Positions 35,587 through 49,139 are shown, counted from the stretch's first letter. The stretch: 64,000 bases of DNA from Eutreptiella sp. 'Long Island Sound 2002' (GCA_964036045.1 OZ038378.1:162688001-162752000), one strand, 5' to 3'. Translations and numbers: made by a program. Notes: a model not told the origin generated them from the letters alone.

Positions 35587-38500
35587 TGGCACTGTTGTTG
35601 CCCCCTGCCCCTGACGGACAGAGCCGTACCTGTGTGACCTCCCCCCCCCCCTGGCCCGCATGCGCTCCTTTGATTTACGGAGCTCTGAGCAATGGTCCTC
35701 AGGATTTGTTGGCTCAAGTAGAATCCTGTTGCTCATCGTATTTCGGTGAACGGCACCCATTTCTCCTGCGGGTCTGTCTGTTGTGGTGGACTTTGCGTTG
35801 CTGTTACCATTGAGTTTGCATGGGGATTCAAACTTTGAGTGGGCCTGGGCACCCGAAGCCCCCCAACCCAAAGGATGCATTCAAAGGGGGGGAGGTACCC
35901 CGCCTCGGGGCGCCCGGCCCTATGCCCAGCCATTGTCCCCCGAACGGCAAATGCCGGCGCAATGGCATTTGTAACCGACAGTAGCCGCCCCCAACCGCTT
36001 TGGCAACCTCCTCCAACCGCTCATCTAAGCGCTTCTGGGCCCGCCTCTGAAGTCCCTTCCCTTTTAATGCATCCGTGCCCCCAACCATCCCCCCCACCCT
36101 CTCGATGGTGCATGGGGACAAACACAAAGTGAATGCGTCTGTCCTGAGCCAACCCTTGCCCCATGGGTGACGACAGAGTGGGACGGCGCATGGCGCCCCC
36201 TCCGAGCACCCATCAAACCAGTCCTCACCTTGGCCTACCCCATCACCACAGCATTGGAGCCCCCCCCCGCCCCGCCCCGCCCCGCCTCCCCACTTTACCC
36301 AGCGTTTATGGCAGCCCCCCTGAGTTTGGCCGACGCATGTCTGCGTGGCTGTGTCGAGCAGCAGGTGGACGTTTCAGAGCAAATGGAACAAGGACATGAG
36401 GACACGGAGGGGGTGCGGACGTTGCACGTGAACGACGGAGGGCATGCTCTACTCCCCTGCTACGGACTTGGTTTCGGGGCCGGGAAATTGCACCTGCGGG
36501 GCAGAGGGGAGTGCGGCCTCTGCCATGGGGCCTGCCATGGCGTGGGGCGAGTCGGAGGCCATCTGACTTGCGGCGCGTATACCGGCGGCTGCAGAAAGAG
36601 GCCAAACAGGTCGGACCGACGCAGAGGCACAAGCGAGACAACACGGCCCTCAGGCAACACTCAAAAGAATGCCGTGTGCCTCCCAACCCGTGAGACTGAG
36701 GGACACAACAGGCGGCAATGGGGGTGGCTGCTTGGGCAATGCGGGGGGGGGGGGAGGCGGGGAGACGGGGGCTGCGCAGGTTCAAGGGGAGGGGCTTGCA
36801 CGTGGAGGGCACGCACCGCAGCTCATGACGCCTGCCGGTACATCGCGGGACCCGTGAACAAACCCCGGATGACTGCCCCGCAGTGTGTTTTGCCGTTGGC
36901 ACCCACTTAACCCGGAGCCGCCCGGCGGGCGACACGGGCACGATTGGCCATGACGGAAGGCCACACCCGAAAGGCTCCGGGATCTCACGATGCAGAGCAC
37001 TGGGCACCAGCGCGCTGCCGCAACACTCGTGGGTGCATTCAAAGGGCCGAGCATTTCATGGGGAAGTCAAGTATGCCCGAAAAAAGGGCCCACGATTGTG
37101 CCCCCCACCCCCCCTCCTGCGCGGGGGTCGGGGTCCAGAACCGAAGTGCACACCCCCCCCCCCTTCCGGTGGTTTCACCCGCGGGTTTGCCTCCAGCGGG
37201 TGTCCAACAGCCACGGAATGGACAGACATTGCAGCGTTACGTTCCTGCGGTGGTTTTGCTTGTGCCGCATTCCGCCAGCGAGATCGCCAAACCAAAGCAG
37301 GCGCTTTCCGCCCGTCGATGCTGGCGTTGAGGTTGTGGCCACCCCTGTTCTCCGGATCGTCTTCGTCCATCCCAGACACGTACCTCCGCAACAGATCATT
37401 CGCTGTGTCCAGAATCACGTGTGACGACTGATGACCCCCCACCCCCCCGCTCCACAAAGACCATGTGTATGCAGTTGCCGATGACCGCCCACGCGTCCGT
37501 GTCAAGCGACCTGCCCGGCGTGCGCCGGGGCAGGGCATGGGACGGGATCACCCCCGGCCCGTGGGCCCGGTGGGGGGGGCTGTGCCGCTCCACGGCCCCG
37601 TCCCGTCCTTGGGGCTGGCGCCCGCCCTGGTCGGGGGAGGGGGCTCCGCATTCCATGAGAACACAAACAAGTCATTTTGTGGCGCCCGCTTCCCCTCGGA
37701 AAGAGCCCCAGGCCATGGGGAGGGACAGGCTTATGAAGGGGCTGATGCCGTACCTGCGAGGCCCGACGGTCACCGGGTCCGTGCCGACGAGGCATTTTGG
37801 GGGAGCCCACCAGCAGCCGTTGACCGTGTGGCTTTGTGCCCAGAGCACCGACTCATGTTCATTCGTTTGGTGACCGCACGGCGCTCGCTGTTCATGTGTT
37901 TCGTTCCCATCGCACGCCGACGATTTACGGGGGTTTACGGGGCTTTGGGCCCCCGTCCTCCAGATTATGTAAATGGGCGGAAATGCCCAAAAGAAAAGGG
38001 TGCAAATGCCCAAGAAATGGTGCAAATTTCGTCAATTCAAAGAATGGACGGTTTCATTCAACCGCTCAACCAACCACAAAAACCCATCACACAACAATTT
38101 GGTGTGTTGAGGATTGGTTGCTTGGGCCGTGCGACCCCAAGCGGCGAAAGTTACGTTCAAGAATGCGCGGAATTCTCGGCCACAAACATCCACAACTGCA
38201 GGTGTCAGCAGGCAAACCACTTGAAATCCCCAATCTACACCGAACTTGCATGAATGTACAGGAATGTACGCGATTGTCTGCGCGATGTACGAGGATTCAC
38301 GTACTTTTCAGCGTAGATTGCCTCACCCCGCCCCATTCGGAATCAGCCTGTCCCATCGTCATGGCAATGGGGCTCATGCCCCCACACAACCTGATGTTCA
38401 TTTTTGCTTCGCCTACAAACCCATATCCAAAAGCTTCCAAAAGGATGGGGCATGCCAACCCGCTCTTGCCAAGCTTTCCCCACCCACCCGAATCCGTAGA

Positions 38501-40538
38501 CTGAGCGGTGCCCGGAACGAAGAGCTGGACACAGGCGCGAATCACGCAAATCATTTGTTCGCAGCACCACAGTGACACGTGAAGCCGGATAAATATGGCA
38601 AGGGGCCGGGGGCTTATTGCTGCTGATCTGCACTTGGTTTCGGAAGGCGTGGACCAGCACTGGACTGCGCGTGATCTTGAGGAGCCGTTGGGTCGCACAT
38701 GTTCCGTAGATATGTCTGGTCCCTCGTCGGGCACGGCATGTCCCTGGGGTGACGCTGCCAACCGTTGTTTTGGCAAGACGATGGGGTACTCAGGCTCGTA
38801 CTCACATTGTCCGATCCCCCTCCCCCCCATTTCCTGTGCGGTTCGCAAAACCACGGCGAAGCGCCGAAGTGCGTCATGGCCTCCTCAGCTGCCAAACTCC
38901 CGAGCCCCATCACCCACCCAATTGGGGGGGACCGGAGGGACGCAAAATCGGAACCCTGGCCCATCCACCGGACCCATCCACCGACCCACACCAGAAAAAA
39001 AATTCCGCAGGGGAAAACTGGAAATTCATTGAAGGCCCTGGAAAATTGAGGCTAATTTTTGGGACACAAACTTTTTTGGGGGTCTCCACTTTCCCCCGGG
39101 GGGTCGGGTAGCAAGTTCACCAAGCAACGGCCTGGTCCCCGTAGCCCTACCCCATACCACGCCACCGCCGGTGTTTTCTCTGAGGGAGCAACGCGCGCGG
39201 TACACGTACTTCAGTACATCCCCTGAACATGTTTCGGTCCGTTTGGGCGACCAATGGCAGACCGCCAATCCCTCACTCTTTTCCTCCGGCCCCCATATCG
39301 TTATGCCCCCATGACCGCAGATCTCGTGTGTCACAGGCCCGAAACACAACGTCGTGTCCTGGCCCACCTCGTCCTCCCGGCCCCTGGGTCGGGACACAAG
39401 ACAAACATCAGACGCATGCAACAGGGAAACACGAGGCATCATCACATGAATCGGGGATAATCAGAAAATTGCAGCCGCGGAGGTCAACAAAAGGCAGGGG
39501 TCGAGGTTGCTTTGAGCTTGGAGCACTGTATTATGGGAAAGGGTCCAGACCCTGAGTTGCGGCTGACGTGACAGCTGCAGCCCCGAGGGCAGCGGCCACT
39601 GCCCTGGCTACAGCCGGCGCGGCTTTCGCAATCTTCGCTAAGTCCTTTGCAACTCTGCAGATTGCTATGGCGGGTCTTGGGTACTCGGTGATGTACGTCT
39701 GCACCTGTTGGCCAGGCAGGGCGTGGGGCTGAGGATGACACAGTGAAAGGAGCACGGGTTAGGGTCAGTGCCTAGATCTATACGTCGCTGCAAAAGCTGG
39801 TGGGCCATGTGGCCAACCGTCCGCCTGAAGCCGTACAAAACGGTTCTGGGTCCCTTCGTTCCCTTATCATATTCTGTTGCACGTCGCGTAAACTACATGC
39901 AGCACATGGAAGACACTGCCCGACACGGGGTGCGCTGGTTGTCCCACAGCGGCTCCCTTCTCAGAGACTACTCAGAATGGGGGCAAGCCCCTGAAAAAAG
40001 GCTTTGCGTCAAACCTGATCTCCGATGAACCGTCAATGCATGATGCTGATACTTGTGCGGTGTCATGGGGGGGGGGGGGGGGCATGGCAGAGCCCCTACG
40101 GAAATGACACGAAATCAACCCATTACATAGAGGGTCGGTGCAAAAGGGGGGGGGGATCAACAGTCTCACAGAGGCCCTAGGGCTGCATCGCTGCACATGG
40201 GTCACTTTGGGACCCAAAGAATCTATTTTGGAAAGAATTAGACTCATTTGAAACGATATCTTAGAGAAATCTTGGCACAATGGCACCCTGTTTGCCGAAA
40301 AAACGGGAATTTTCGATACTCCGCAGAAACTGGCAGATCCTGTCTTCGGGGCAACTTGGCGGCCGCGCCCAGCCCCTCCACTGTCTAGTTTGCCTCCGAA
40401 ACCTTGTTTAACGCGTTCGCGATGCGTGAAATAGGGGGGGGGGGATACCCCAAAGGGCCCACGTGCCAATAGCCTCCGACCGGTAGAGGCGAACTTTCAT
40501 GCGACAAACGTCGGTTATGCCGTACGTATGTATTGGAC

Positions 40539-40760
40539 GCACACACACGCGCGCGCGCGCGCGCGCGCACGCACGCATACATCCAGCCCCCAAATGATGG
40601 AGACCCAGACAATCCAGCCTCCCTTTACTCCCAACACCTGTACCACATTGCATGCAAGGAAGTGAAGGGCCCAGCATGGCAGCCCCAAGGGACCAAGTGT
40701 GTATGTGTGTATGTGTGTGTGTGTGTGCGCGCGCGCGTGTGTGTGTGTGTGCGCGCGTGT
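40539..40760. repeat. Alternating purine-pyrimidine tracts (CA/GC and GC/TG) in inverted arrangement
   Basis: cacacacacgcgcgcgcgcgcgcgcgcgcac at 40540-40570 and gtgtgtgcgcgcgcgcgtgtgtgtg at 40700-40760. Confidence 0.85.
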
Positions 40761-41129
40761 TTGGGCGCGGTGAATGGTTGCGCTCAAAAGTCACGCGGGC
40801 TCTATCACAATATGCATCGTTTCGAGTGCTCGCAAGAAAGAGGGTGCCCAGTGGCTTGTGGATACCACACACCACTACGAGACCATCACATTTTCACAAC
40901 GTTTCCACAACTTTGGGCCCGTTGTGCGCATTGCCATGTTGTTTACTCCGAACTGTACGTCGGACGTTTGTCTTGGTGCACGCACTTACTCCTTACGCTT
41001 ACTTCAACAGGAAAAGATATTCTCGGGCTCGAAAGCCCAGACCACCAACCAGGAGCAGGAAAGGCGTCTTTGGGAGCCGCGGTGATCGATCTGCGAACTT
41101 TCTCGCCTGCCAATTCGTTGTCGTCTCCT

Positions 41130-41400
41130 CTTAATCGATCGGGGTTGAGGGGGCGGGAGCCGGGACTCACATGCATTAAACACCTGCAGCAGCGCCTTCA
41201 TCGAGGTTTCAATGGGTAAACTCCTCAGCTCTGGAAGGATGATCCTACTGACGTCCATGGGTTGAAGGGTCTTTGTATTGACCATCTCTTGCAGGGCCTC
41301 ACATACTGGAGCGCGCCGGAGCAAATCCGTAAAATATTCGCACATATTGGGCTTTTTGGGAATCGACGAGAAATATATGAGCACATTCCTGCACCATATG
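41130..41400 (-). CDS. Exon or ORF with a NURR-like domain
   Basis: IPKKPNMCEYFTDLLRR followed by PVCEALQEMVNTKTLQPMDVSRIILPELRSLPIETSMKALLQVF, matching the hnRNP Q acidic-domain helical pattern. Confidence 0.45.
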
Positions 41401-41758
41401 TGGACAGGCAGAAGAACGCAGCGCGTGCGGTTTCTTGCGAGGGCACATGAGAGGCGGGAGGGGTGATGCAAGGATACCCCCCGCCCGTCCTGATTTTACA
41501 AACTCAAAAACAGACAGGGGCTGGCGGGGGACTTCGGGGGACTCCAATACAACTTGCAAAGCATGTACAAGGAATGTACAAGGGGACAAAATTGTATGGG
41601 ACTTGTTCACCATCCGTGAAAATCTCAAATCTTAAACTTTCACTCACCCACCCTGACGGGCAGACGCATACTCCCTCCGACACAGTGGCACTTCAGGAGC
41701 GGGCTGGGCAACGGTGCAAAAGCACCGCCCTACCTCTGATGCAAATGCCACAACGGAG

Positions 41759-43432
41759 CTACAAAGGCCGCCCAATGCGCTGAAATGATGCGACCCCAAG
41801 ACCAACGTCGAATCCAAACCTTCCCACCATCGCATAGCACATGCGCCGCGTTATGCCACAAGTGCAACATCTCACGGGGACAGTCGTGAAATCAACCCTG
41901 AAAAAAATGGCGCAATTTCGTTGAACTTTTTGGCAGGGATGCCTGGCACCAGGTTTCCTCACTCCAAGCTTCGCGCGCTCCAAGTTTCGCCTCCCCTCGG
42001 GTGCGGGGGTGGGGCGGGGCGGCGGCAGCGGCGCAGGAGCAACAAACCGTGCGATGCTAGTGAACAGCTGCGGCCCAGTGCTTTGGCAATACGCGAGCAG
42101 CTCGTCCGTCAAGTTCCCGGCGTCCACCGCGCCCGCCGCGAGCAGCTCATGCAATACCCCCCTGCACTCCTCGGCCACCGCTTCCCACTGCTCCCGCACG
42201 CCTTCTGCAACAGGCAGACTGGGCGGGGCAGGCGCCTCATCCTGGGGCCCGGGCTGTGCGGCGACAGCGGTCGACGGGGTGACTTCGGGCGATGCCGCAG
42301 GGGCTTGTGCCGCGTGGGCCCGATAGGCTGACTTCCGCACGGGGCCAGAGGGGCCGACCGCGCCGCCGGCCGGTGTGGCAGCGTCACCGACGGCCCCGGG
42401 ACTGTGCTGGTCGCTGGGAGGCGGCCACTCGCTCACCGCCTCCCTCCGGTTACCAGGCGCAACTCCATCTCCGTCAGAGCCCAGAGCCGCCGGAGGCGCG
42501 CCAGCCCGGCCCGCCTGCCAGTCCCCCCCGGGGGTCCGCCCAGCACCGTCGGAGCCCAGGGGCGTGCGCTCCGCAAACCCTTTGCCCTTGCCTTTGCCCT
42601 CGGCCTCGCCCATGCCCTCGCCCATGCCCATGCCCTTCCCCTGCGCGGGGTCCGCAGTCCACTGCTGCCCCCAGGGGTTGTGCTCGCCCCAGTGCCCCTC
42701 CCCCATGCCGTTCGGCTGGCCCGGCCACCCCCAGGCCCACCCCTGCTCCCCGTCCAGTAGGCCCCCCTTGCCCTGCCCCATGCCCGTGCCCGCATCCCAC
42801 CACTGCTCGCTACCTCCGTATCCTTCCCATTCATTTTCCCAGCCGCCCTGGCCCTTCCCCTGGCACCATGGGTCCCAACTGTCCCCCCCTTTCCCCTGCG
42901 CCCCACTGTGCACGTCGTCCTGCGGCGGCTGCGGGGGAGGCTCCAACTTGTCCACTTCAGCCTTCCCCACACTCGACAATGATCTGAAACCCGAGTTTTT
43001 GCTCTGACTGTCGGGGTTCTTCGACTTGGCTGAAGACCCCTTGTAAACGACAGGGTTGAGCCTCGGCTTCTTCGGTGCGTTCGCTTTGGGCGGGGTAGAC
43101 TCCCTCTTTGCAGGGGATGACTCCTGCAGTTTGGGGTCCTTCACTATGCTCGGAGCGGGCGGAGGCAGAGGAGGGTATTCCATCGCTGGTGCCGGAGCGC
43201 GCGCAACGGCCGGAGGGGGTAAAGGAGGAATGGTGCCCAGAGAAGGGGCGGGAGGTGGCAACGGTGGCGGTGGCAGCTCTGCCCAGGGTGGCTGGTTCAC
43301 ACCAGCCGTGCGCGGGTCAGCCTGGCAAACAAAAGGAAAAACAGGCACGTCTGGTGCAGAGGACGGGAACGCAACAGGAAGACCCAGTGCGATCTCTGGT
43401 GTGTGTCCGGGATGCAGGAGAGCATCATTCAC
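41759..43432 (-). CDS. 557-aa Pro-rich, GKGKG/Trp-Gly-rich low-complexity protein with a C-terminal NURR-like domain
   Basis: Long open frame with coding-like GC3. CRGVLHELLAAGAVDAGNLTDELLAYCQS at 42043-42195. A possible GTGAGG donor near 41960 suggests the last ~60 aa are intronic. Confidence 0.6.
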   Translation of the reverse strand: MNDALLHPGHTPEIALGLPVAFPSSAPDVPVFPFVCQADPRTAGVNQPPWAELPPPPLPPPAPSLGTIPPLPPPAVARAPAPAMEYPPLPPPAPSIVKDPKLQESSPAKRESTPPKANAPKKPRLNPVVYKGSSAKSKNPDSQSKNSGFRSLSSVGKAEVDKLEPPPQPPQDDVHSGAQGKGGDSWDPWCQGKGQGGWENEWEGYGGSEQWWDAGTGMGQGKGGLLDGEQGWAWGWPGQPNGMGEGHWGEHNPWGQQWTADPAQGKGMGMGEGMGEAEGKGKGKGFAERTPLGSDGAGRTPGGDWQAGRAGAPPAALGSDGDGVAPGNRREAVSEWPPPSDQHSPGAVGDAATPAGGAVGPSGPVRKSAYRAHAAQAPAASPEVTPSTAVAAQPGPQDEAPAPPSLPVAEGVREQWEAVAEECRGVLHELLAAGAVDAGNLTDELLAYCQSTGPQLFTSIARFVAPAPLPPPRPTPAPEGRRNLERAKLGVRKPGARHPCQKVQRNCAIFFRVDFTTVPVRCCTCGITRRMCYAMVGRFGFDVGLGVASFQRIGRPL

Positions 43433-45789
43433 TGCGTTCGCCTCTGCATGGGCGGGTCAATCTCATGAGTGTGTGGGTCGGAGGTCGCCATGTGCGAAAC
43501 AGACTTGTGCCATGGGTCCGTACGTCTGGGGGCATCGTGTTGGGTTGTCCTTGACAGGGCAGATAGCCCCCCACCCACGAGAAGGAGGTTGCAGGCTGAA
43601 GGTGCGATTCGAGCCCATTTTGCGGAGCCCTCCTCCCCGCTTCGGAGCTCAACCGTCCGGTGGCTCCCGAACCCCTCCCCCCCCAGAGGAAACACTTTTA
43701 CCCCAACATCGAAACCTCAACAGGATCGCCACATCGCAGATCATTTTCAGGAATATTCATCGGTGGAAAATGTTGTCCTTGGGTGGGGGTGAGAGGCCAC
43801 CGTTCACAGAATGTTTCTCCCGGCGCCTTCGGCCCCAATGGGCGTCATGTGGACAGTTGGGGCACTTGCGCCCCTTTTCCAGACCTCCCAACAGACAACC
43901 TTAGCCCCTGCAAACCATTTTTCAACCACCCCATCAAAGATCCGTGGGGCAGCGGATCCATGCCTCGAACTCTCTCGGAGGTCCGATGCTCCGTGTTTGG
44001 CAGCCCCCTGTCGAATCCCTAGATCTTGCCTACTAAAATATATCGTGGAAGACCAACCGATCCGACCAACGAGTTTGAGAACCTCACTGACAAATGTAGC
44101 GGAAACATGGGGAATCTGCGAGCCCAGTCCAACGTCGTACACGCTGTGCAACACGTGCCTGTGTTTACTCGAGGGAGTTCATGTGCCCCCGCTCCTAGAC
44201 ATGAAACACCTGTTGGTGCATTTCCTTGGCATGCAACTCTTTTGCCAACGCAATCAAGTACATGGTCGGATCTTTGGGCACCTACGCAGAGGATGTAGGG
44301 GCTGAAAAATATCAATCAATGGCGTGCTATTCTTGGACCCTCATCCCCCCCTCGGCGGCGGCGTGCCATGGAAAATGCACAACTTCGTGCACACATGCAC
44401 GGGTGCATGGGCACACAGCATCAACTCCCCACCCACGGGCAACCCTATGCAACCTCAAGAACAAAGCAAGCACCACACGGCACATGCATGATTTGATTGT
44501 TCTGCGTACCTGAAAAAACCCTGCCACCGGGATGGGGAAAAGGCAGCCGCCAAACCTGAGGCCAAGGCAGCGCCCCAGCCTAAGGCAGCGCCCCAGCCTG
44601 CCCTCAAGAGACAATAGAGGGCACTTTTTTTTTTCGCTTGAACGACCCTGTGGTCGTCAGCATACCGCTCTTTCGACACACTTTTTCGACCCCTTCCACC
44701 GAATATCCCGCACCAGACTTCTATCTTTAAGAATGTGAGCCCTGTACCCAGCTGCTCGAAGTCCAGTTCAGCACTGGACAGGTTGGTGAGGAAAGTTTTC
44801 TCGGCGTGTCTAAGGAGACATAAAAACATGATATTACCCTTGAACCTTGCAGGTTTCAGGGATTAGTGGACCCGTGGTACCCCCCGGTACCTCGCAGTCA
44901 ACTGCTCGGGGCCACAGCACCCTCCCCACTAGATGGCACGACTCCGAAGCAGTGAAGCAGCAGCCACCACCTATCCGCGAGCGAATCAAGGTTTCATTCA
45001 AATCTCCCTCGAATTAATGGTTGAGGTGGTGCACACTCAAGTGGTGGAACCAGCCAGAGAATACTGGACAGATGGGGAGGACGCGCCATGGTCACAACCA
45101 CAGGTCGCACGGTGGGTTCACAGCAAGTGAGCAAAGGTGTCGGGAAATGTTGTGAGGAAATCAGAATCCAGTGACGCTTCGCCGCCACGAAAGGGCACCG
45201 CAACGAACTCACACCTCGTTATTCATACTCCTCATTTCAAGGTCCTGGATCGCAGACATGATGCAATGTTTCGGTATCTAGGAGAAGAATTCCGTCCGGT
45301 TGGATGGCAGTGATACCGTGACACACGGCGACGCGACAGCGCCTCGGCTGAAAAACCCAAACGCACTACTCCTTGCAGCGATGTTTCATGCAAAGCAGTA
45401 CTTTTGCCTCTCGTGTCGCCATTGCCGAGAATAGTCATACACATTGCCGTTGCATTTTCGCCCATCCACCCGCTGTACCGTGCAGCTCAGAAAGCCCCGG
45501 GCCCAGGATCATTATTCGACGCACAATCATTGGGGGTGTTCCTGTCCTACTCCAGTCTTGTATCTTCTGTAGACCCCAGACGCCTTCAGTGCGCACACAT
45601 GCAACAACAATGGCAGCAGCCCATGGATGATTGGACCCCACACCACGCCTCCCCCAACCCCGCCGTAGCGGTTGCCTAGATATGGCCAGCTTGTTGGGCT
45701 GGCAACCACCGGGACCCGCCGGTTGGTCGGCGACTGGGCCAAAGCAAGCCACGGCCAGCCCAGCTGAGTGGCGGACCCAGCTGGAGCCC

Positions 45790-46212
45790 TCAACCCCCTC
45801 CCCCGCGTGCCCCGAACACTCTCATTGTTGAGCAAGGGGTCCATGGCCGTTCCTCCATGACAATAGAACGGACCTGAGACAATGTTGGCAACAAGTTGCA
45901 TTCGATAATTTGACTCCGCTCAATGGCTCCAATATCCACCAAGCAGTTGATCCTTTCGAACACCTCATCGTCCAATTGAGGCGTTGATCTTTTGAGGAGA
46001 GAGCGAAAATGAGCAATTGCAAGACTGAACGACGACATGAGGGAAGGAGATGAACCAGTGCGCCGGTGGAGGGGCGATCCACACAAACATGCTTGCGGGT
46101 TGAGGCGGTCCGGGTCCCACACCTTTTGGGAGAGGGAGGTGGCTCTCCGGCAGCCGTTTCCCACGGCCTCGCCAAGACATGGTTCAGGTAGGTTCCATGC
46201 GGAGGAATCCAC
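45790..46212 (-). pseudogene. Fragment with a NURR-like domain immediately downstream of the 46.4-48.4 kb RT
   Basis: LDDEVFERINCLVDIGAIERSQIIECNLLPTLSQV at 45861-45990. Confidence 0.4.
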
Positions 46213-46448
46213 CCAGACATGGCCTCAATGCACTAGAACATGTCTAGACAGTAAGTATGGAATAGGAGGAGGACGTCGTTTGACAAGGGGGAGCAACGCC
46301 ATCCGATCCACGGCGGATGGGTGCAGCCTCTCCCAAAGATCGGCGCAGATCGCGGATCGGAGGTGTGGGAACGCCGCCTCCCCAAGGTTTGGTGCCTAGT
46401 CAAAATGAATCCACACAAAACCTTTCACACGGTACTTGTTTGTGCTTC

Positions 46449-48398
46449 CTACACTATCATGGACCGCCATCGTTGCACCGGTGTGCCACCTCCCGTGACA
46501 CCCTTGAGGATTGTCCTCAGGACCCGTTGCGAAGCTGTGAGCGCTCTATCTATAACAAGGCCAAGTCCGGCCACTTTGGGCTCTGTGGGCCGGTGCGAAG
46601 CGCGCAGCACAAGGCGGCCCGAGGGCCCTTCCCTCCCCGACGACGGGATGAGCTGGTCAAATTGTGCTGCAACCACGCATGTATGGAAAGGGGCACCACC
46701 ATTGCTTGCAGTAGCCTTTGTCCGCACAACCCCTGACAATGGAGGCCAGATTCATTTGCTTGTGTAAAACTCAATTCCAAGCAGTGTGTCTTGAAACGGG
46801 GACATCCGTGCCTTATCAATTATGGTAGGCAGCATTGACTGCGAAACGCTGATACGCAATGGCGTTCATCAACATAGCCGGAGTGGGGTTGGTGACAACT
46901 TGGCACTCACACCAATCAACGATAGGGCCATTGAGGTCATGGTATATAATGTATTGCCCGGCAGGCGGCCTCCCAAAGGCTTCGTTTCACGAAGCATGAC
47001 TCTCTGGTGATTCAATAGTGCAAAATGCGTGTTCAAGAGGGGCCTGCTTCGTTTTGGTGCCGCATTCACAATGAAGCCGAAGCTCCCTTGAGGGTGGGAG
47101 TCCCACAACTGAAGCATCAAGATGTCACACTCAATACCATGCAGAGTCACGGACCCTAACTTCTTGTTGGTTTGATCAAACCAACCACGCACACCGTATG
47201 ACTCAAAGAACTGCACATTTTTGGGAATCAAGGCTGGGTTCTGAACGAAAAAAACTTGGTCTTGTGGTGTAGGAGAGCGGAAGGAGGTCCTTCTTGCGGC
47301 AACCACCTTTACTTTTTTCACATGTGCTAACATACCATCACGGCTCATCAAGGGTATCTTGACAAGATTTGCACACAATACAATAATTGGGCAGAAAGAA
47401 ACCCCCCCAATTTTGAAATCCCCTTGGCTCCTTGCCTCATGAGCACTCGATCAACAGAGAAAAAAGTGTTGTGCATGCAAACAACATATTCGTATGCTGG
47501 CTCGAAACACATTGTGTGAAAAGACGCCCCGCGATCTCGGTGGCGATCGCCCCCCCGTGCTATACGTATACGTGCTATACGTACTAAACCACGGTTCACT
47601 TCTTGTGGAGTCTTGCCCCACAGTGAGTTTGTTTACAAACAACAACGCATCAAAAAAAAAAGGCTTTTTTCATCGATCTTCAAGTACCAATTCCACAAAT
47701 CTCTTTCATGTACCATTGTGGGATGGGTAGTAACATCAAACGTCAAGAGGGCTAGGTACATATCACGGACTCCCATGAAAGAACGGAGGGGCATATTTGG
47801 GTACAATCGGATGGCTTCACGCATCATCAGGGGAAGGCACTGGCCCATCGCTTGGGCTAAAGGCTTCGCCAGGTGGTGCGCAAAAGCAATTGCATTTTCC
47901 CAAAGGCAAAAAGTTTCTATCTCTTGTGGTTTCCACTTGGGGTATTGGAAAATGGAAGGCGGCGCTTGTTTGCGCTTGGGGACTTGAAGGATAATTAGAA
48001 TGGGGAAAGGGAGCACGACCCACAAGGACCGTGGGACAAAGTGTGTCACCACGAAGATCGACCTATGTTGGGGATTTGGAAAGCTGTACACAACAACCAC
48101 AACTCTAGAATGTGATGCCTATCTAATGACTGTAGAGATAATAGCATAGCTTGGCATTGCCAATCGCAATCACACACCCGAATTACATCATACTCCTTGG
48201 CAATTTTATTCCATCCCATGTATGCTCAAGCAGTATACCACAACCCCCCCCCAAGTTTATGTAACTTCTTGTAACAAGGTGTAGCGACAATGCCCCACAG
48301 ACGTTCACTGATATTCTCCAAGGAAGTTGTGCTGTAGACATCCTATCCTTGTCGGGTAGACATCCTAACAGCTTGGGCTCTGTCTGTGTTTTGTGCAA
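46449..48398 (-). pseudogene. Frameshifted near-full-length PLE-like reverse transcriptase with B-C insertion
   Basis: Collinear with the 52080 ORF: GCLPDKD (~48350), PSIFQYPKWK, IAFAHHLAKPLAQAMGQCL, HERDLWNWY (motif A), KLGGFLSAQL (motif B, ~47400), insertion GWFDQTNKKLGSVTLHGIE...PKRSRPLLNTHF, frameshifted R-YVD-NAI (~46865), LRTILKGVTGGGTPVQRW. Confidence 0.8.
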
Positions 48399-49139
48399 CT
48401 GCGGATCTGTGCGGTGTGTGCCGCCAAGATTGTCTTGTCTCTTCTGCCATCACGCACACAATTGTAATGAGGGCACGTTCTTTCATGAAGTCCCACGAAG
48501 AGAAGTACCACTTCTGTTGATACATGTACATTTGGTTTTCACCGACCTGCAGGGGACATGAACATTGTCTTGCAACGGTAGGCACAAGACGTGCACACCA
48601 CCAAAATTTACCCTCGGTTGTCAAGAGGTCAAAGAGGGCGCAAGCAAACACAACACTGCTCACAAAGAACGCGTGTTGTGCACCTTAGTACTTCACACAG
48701 GACTCCACACGAGTTCGACTACCAAACTCCCTTTAGTTTTGCGGTCTCAATGACCTATGGACATGCAACATACAGAAACGCGTAGTGAAGCGGGCACAAA
48801 GCGTCTTCCGTGGTTCAGTGACCAAAACAAACATTGTATGAAGAAAGAGTTAACAAGGGTCGCTTTCTACTTTGTCCCTTCAACACTTGACCTTGAATCA
48901 CAAACAAACATTAAGCGGTCTCACATGTTCCCCCCATGTGGCTCCTACCTTTATCCTGCATTTGTCATATCTACCATCTTTTGTGGGGAGTGCCCGTGGC
49001 GTTCAGGGCAATGTTATCATGGGTGCATGGTCGCCACGCCATGCTACCCACAAACCCCACAGTGAGGGGTTATCGCATCGGTTGAGCCCGACGGGCCCCC
49101 GCCGATCGCAATTCCCTGGGATATGCCCTCAAAAAAGCC

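Noticed and set aside
37440-37830. DNA cytosine methyltransferase-like words (LLVGSP; AWAVIGNCIH)
   Set aside because: They lie in different frames, the catalytic PC, ENV and RxR motifs are missing, and the spacing is too short.
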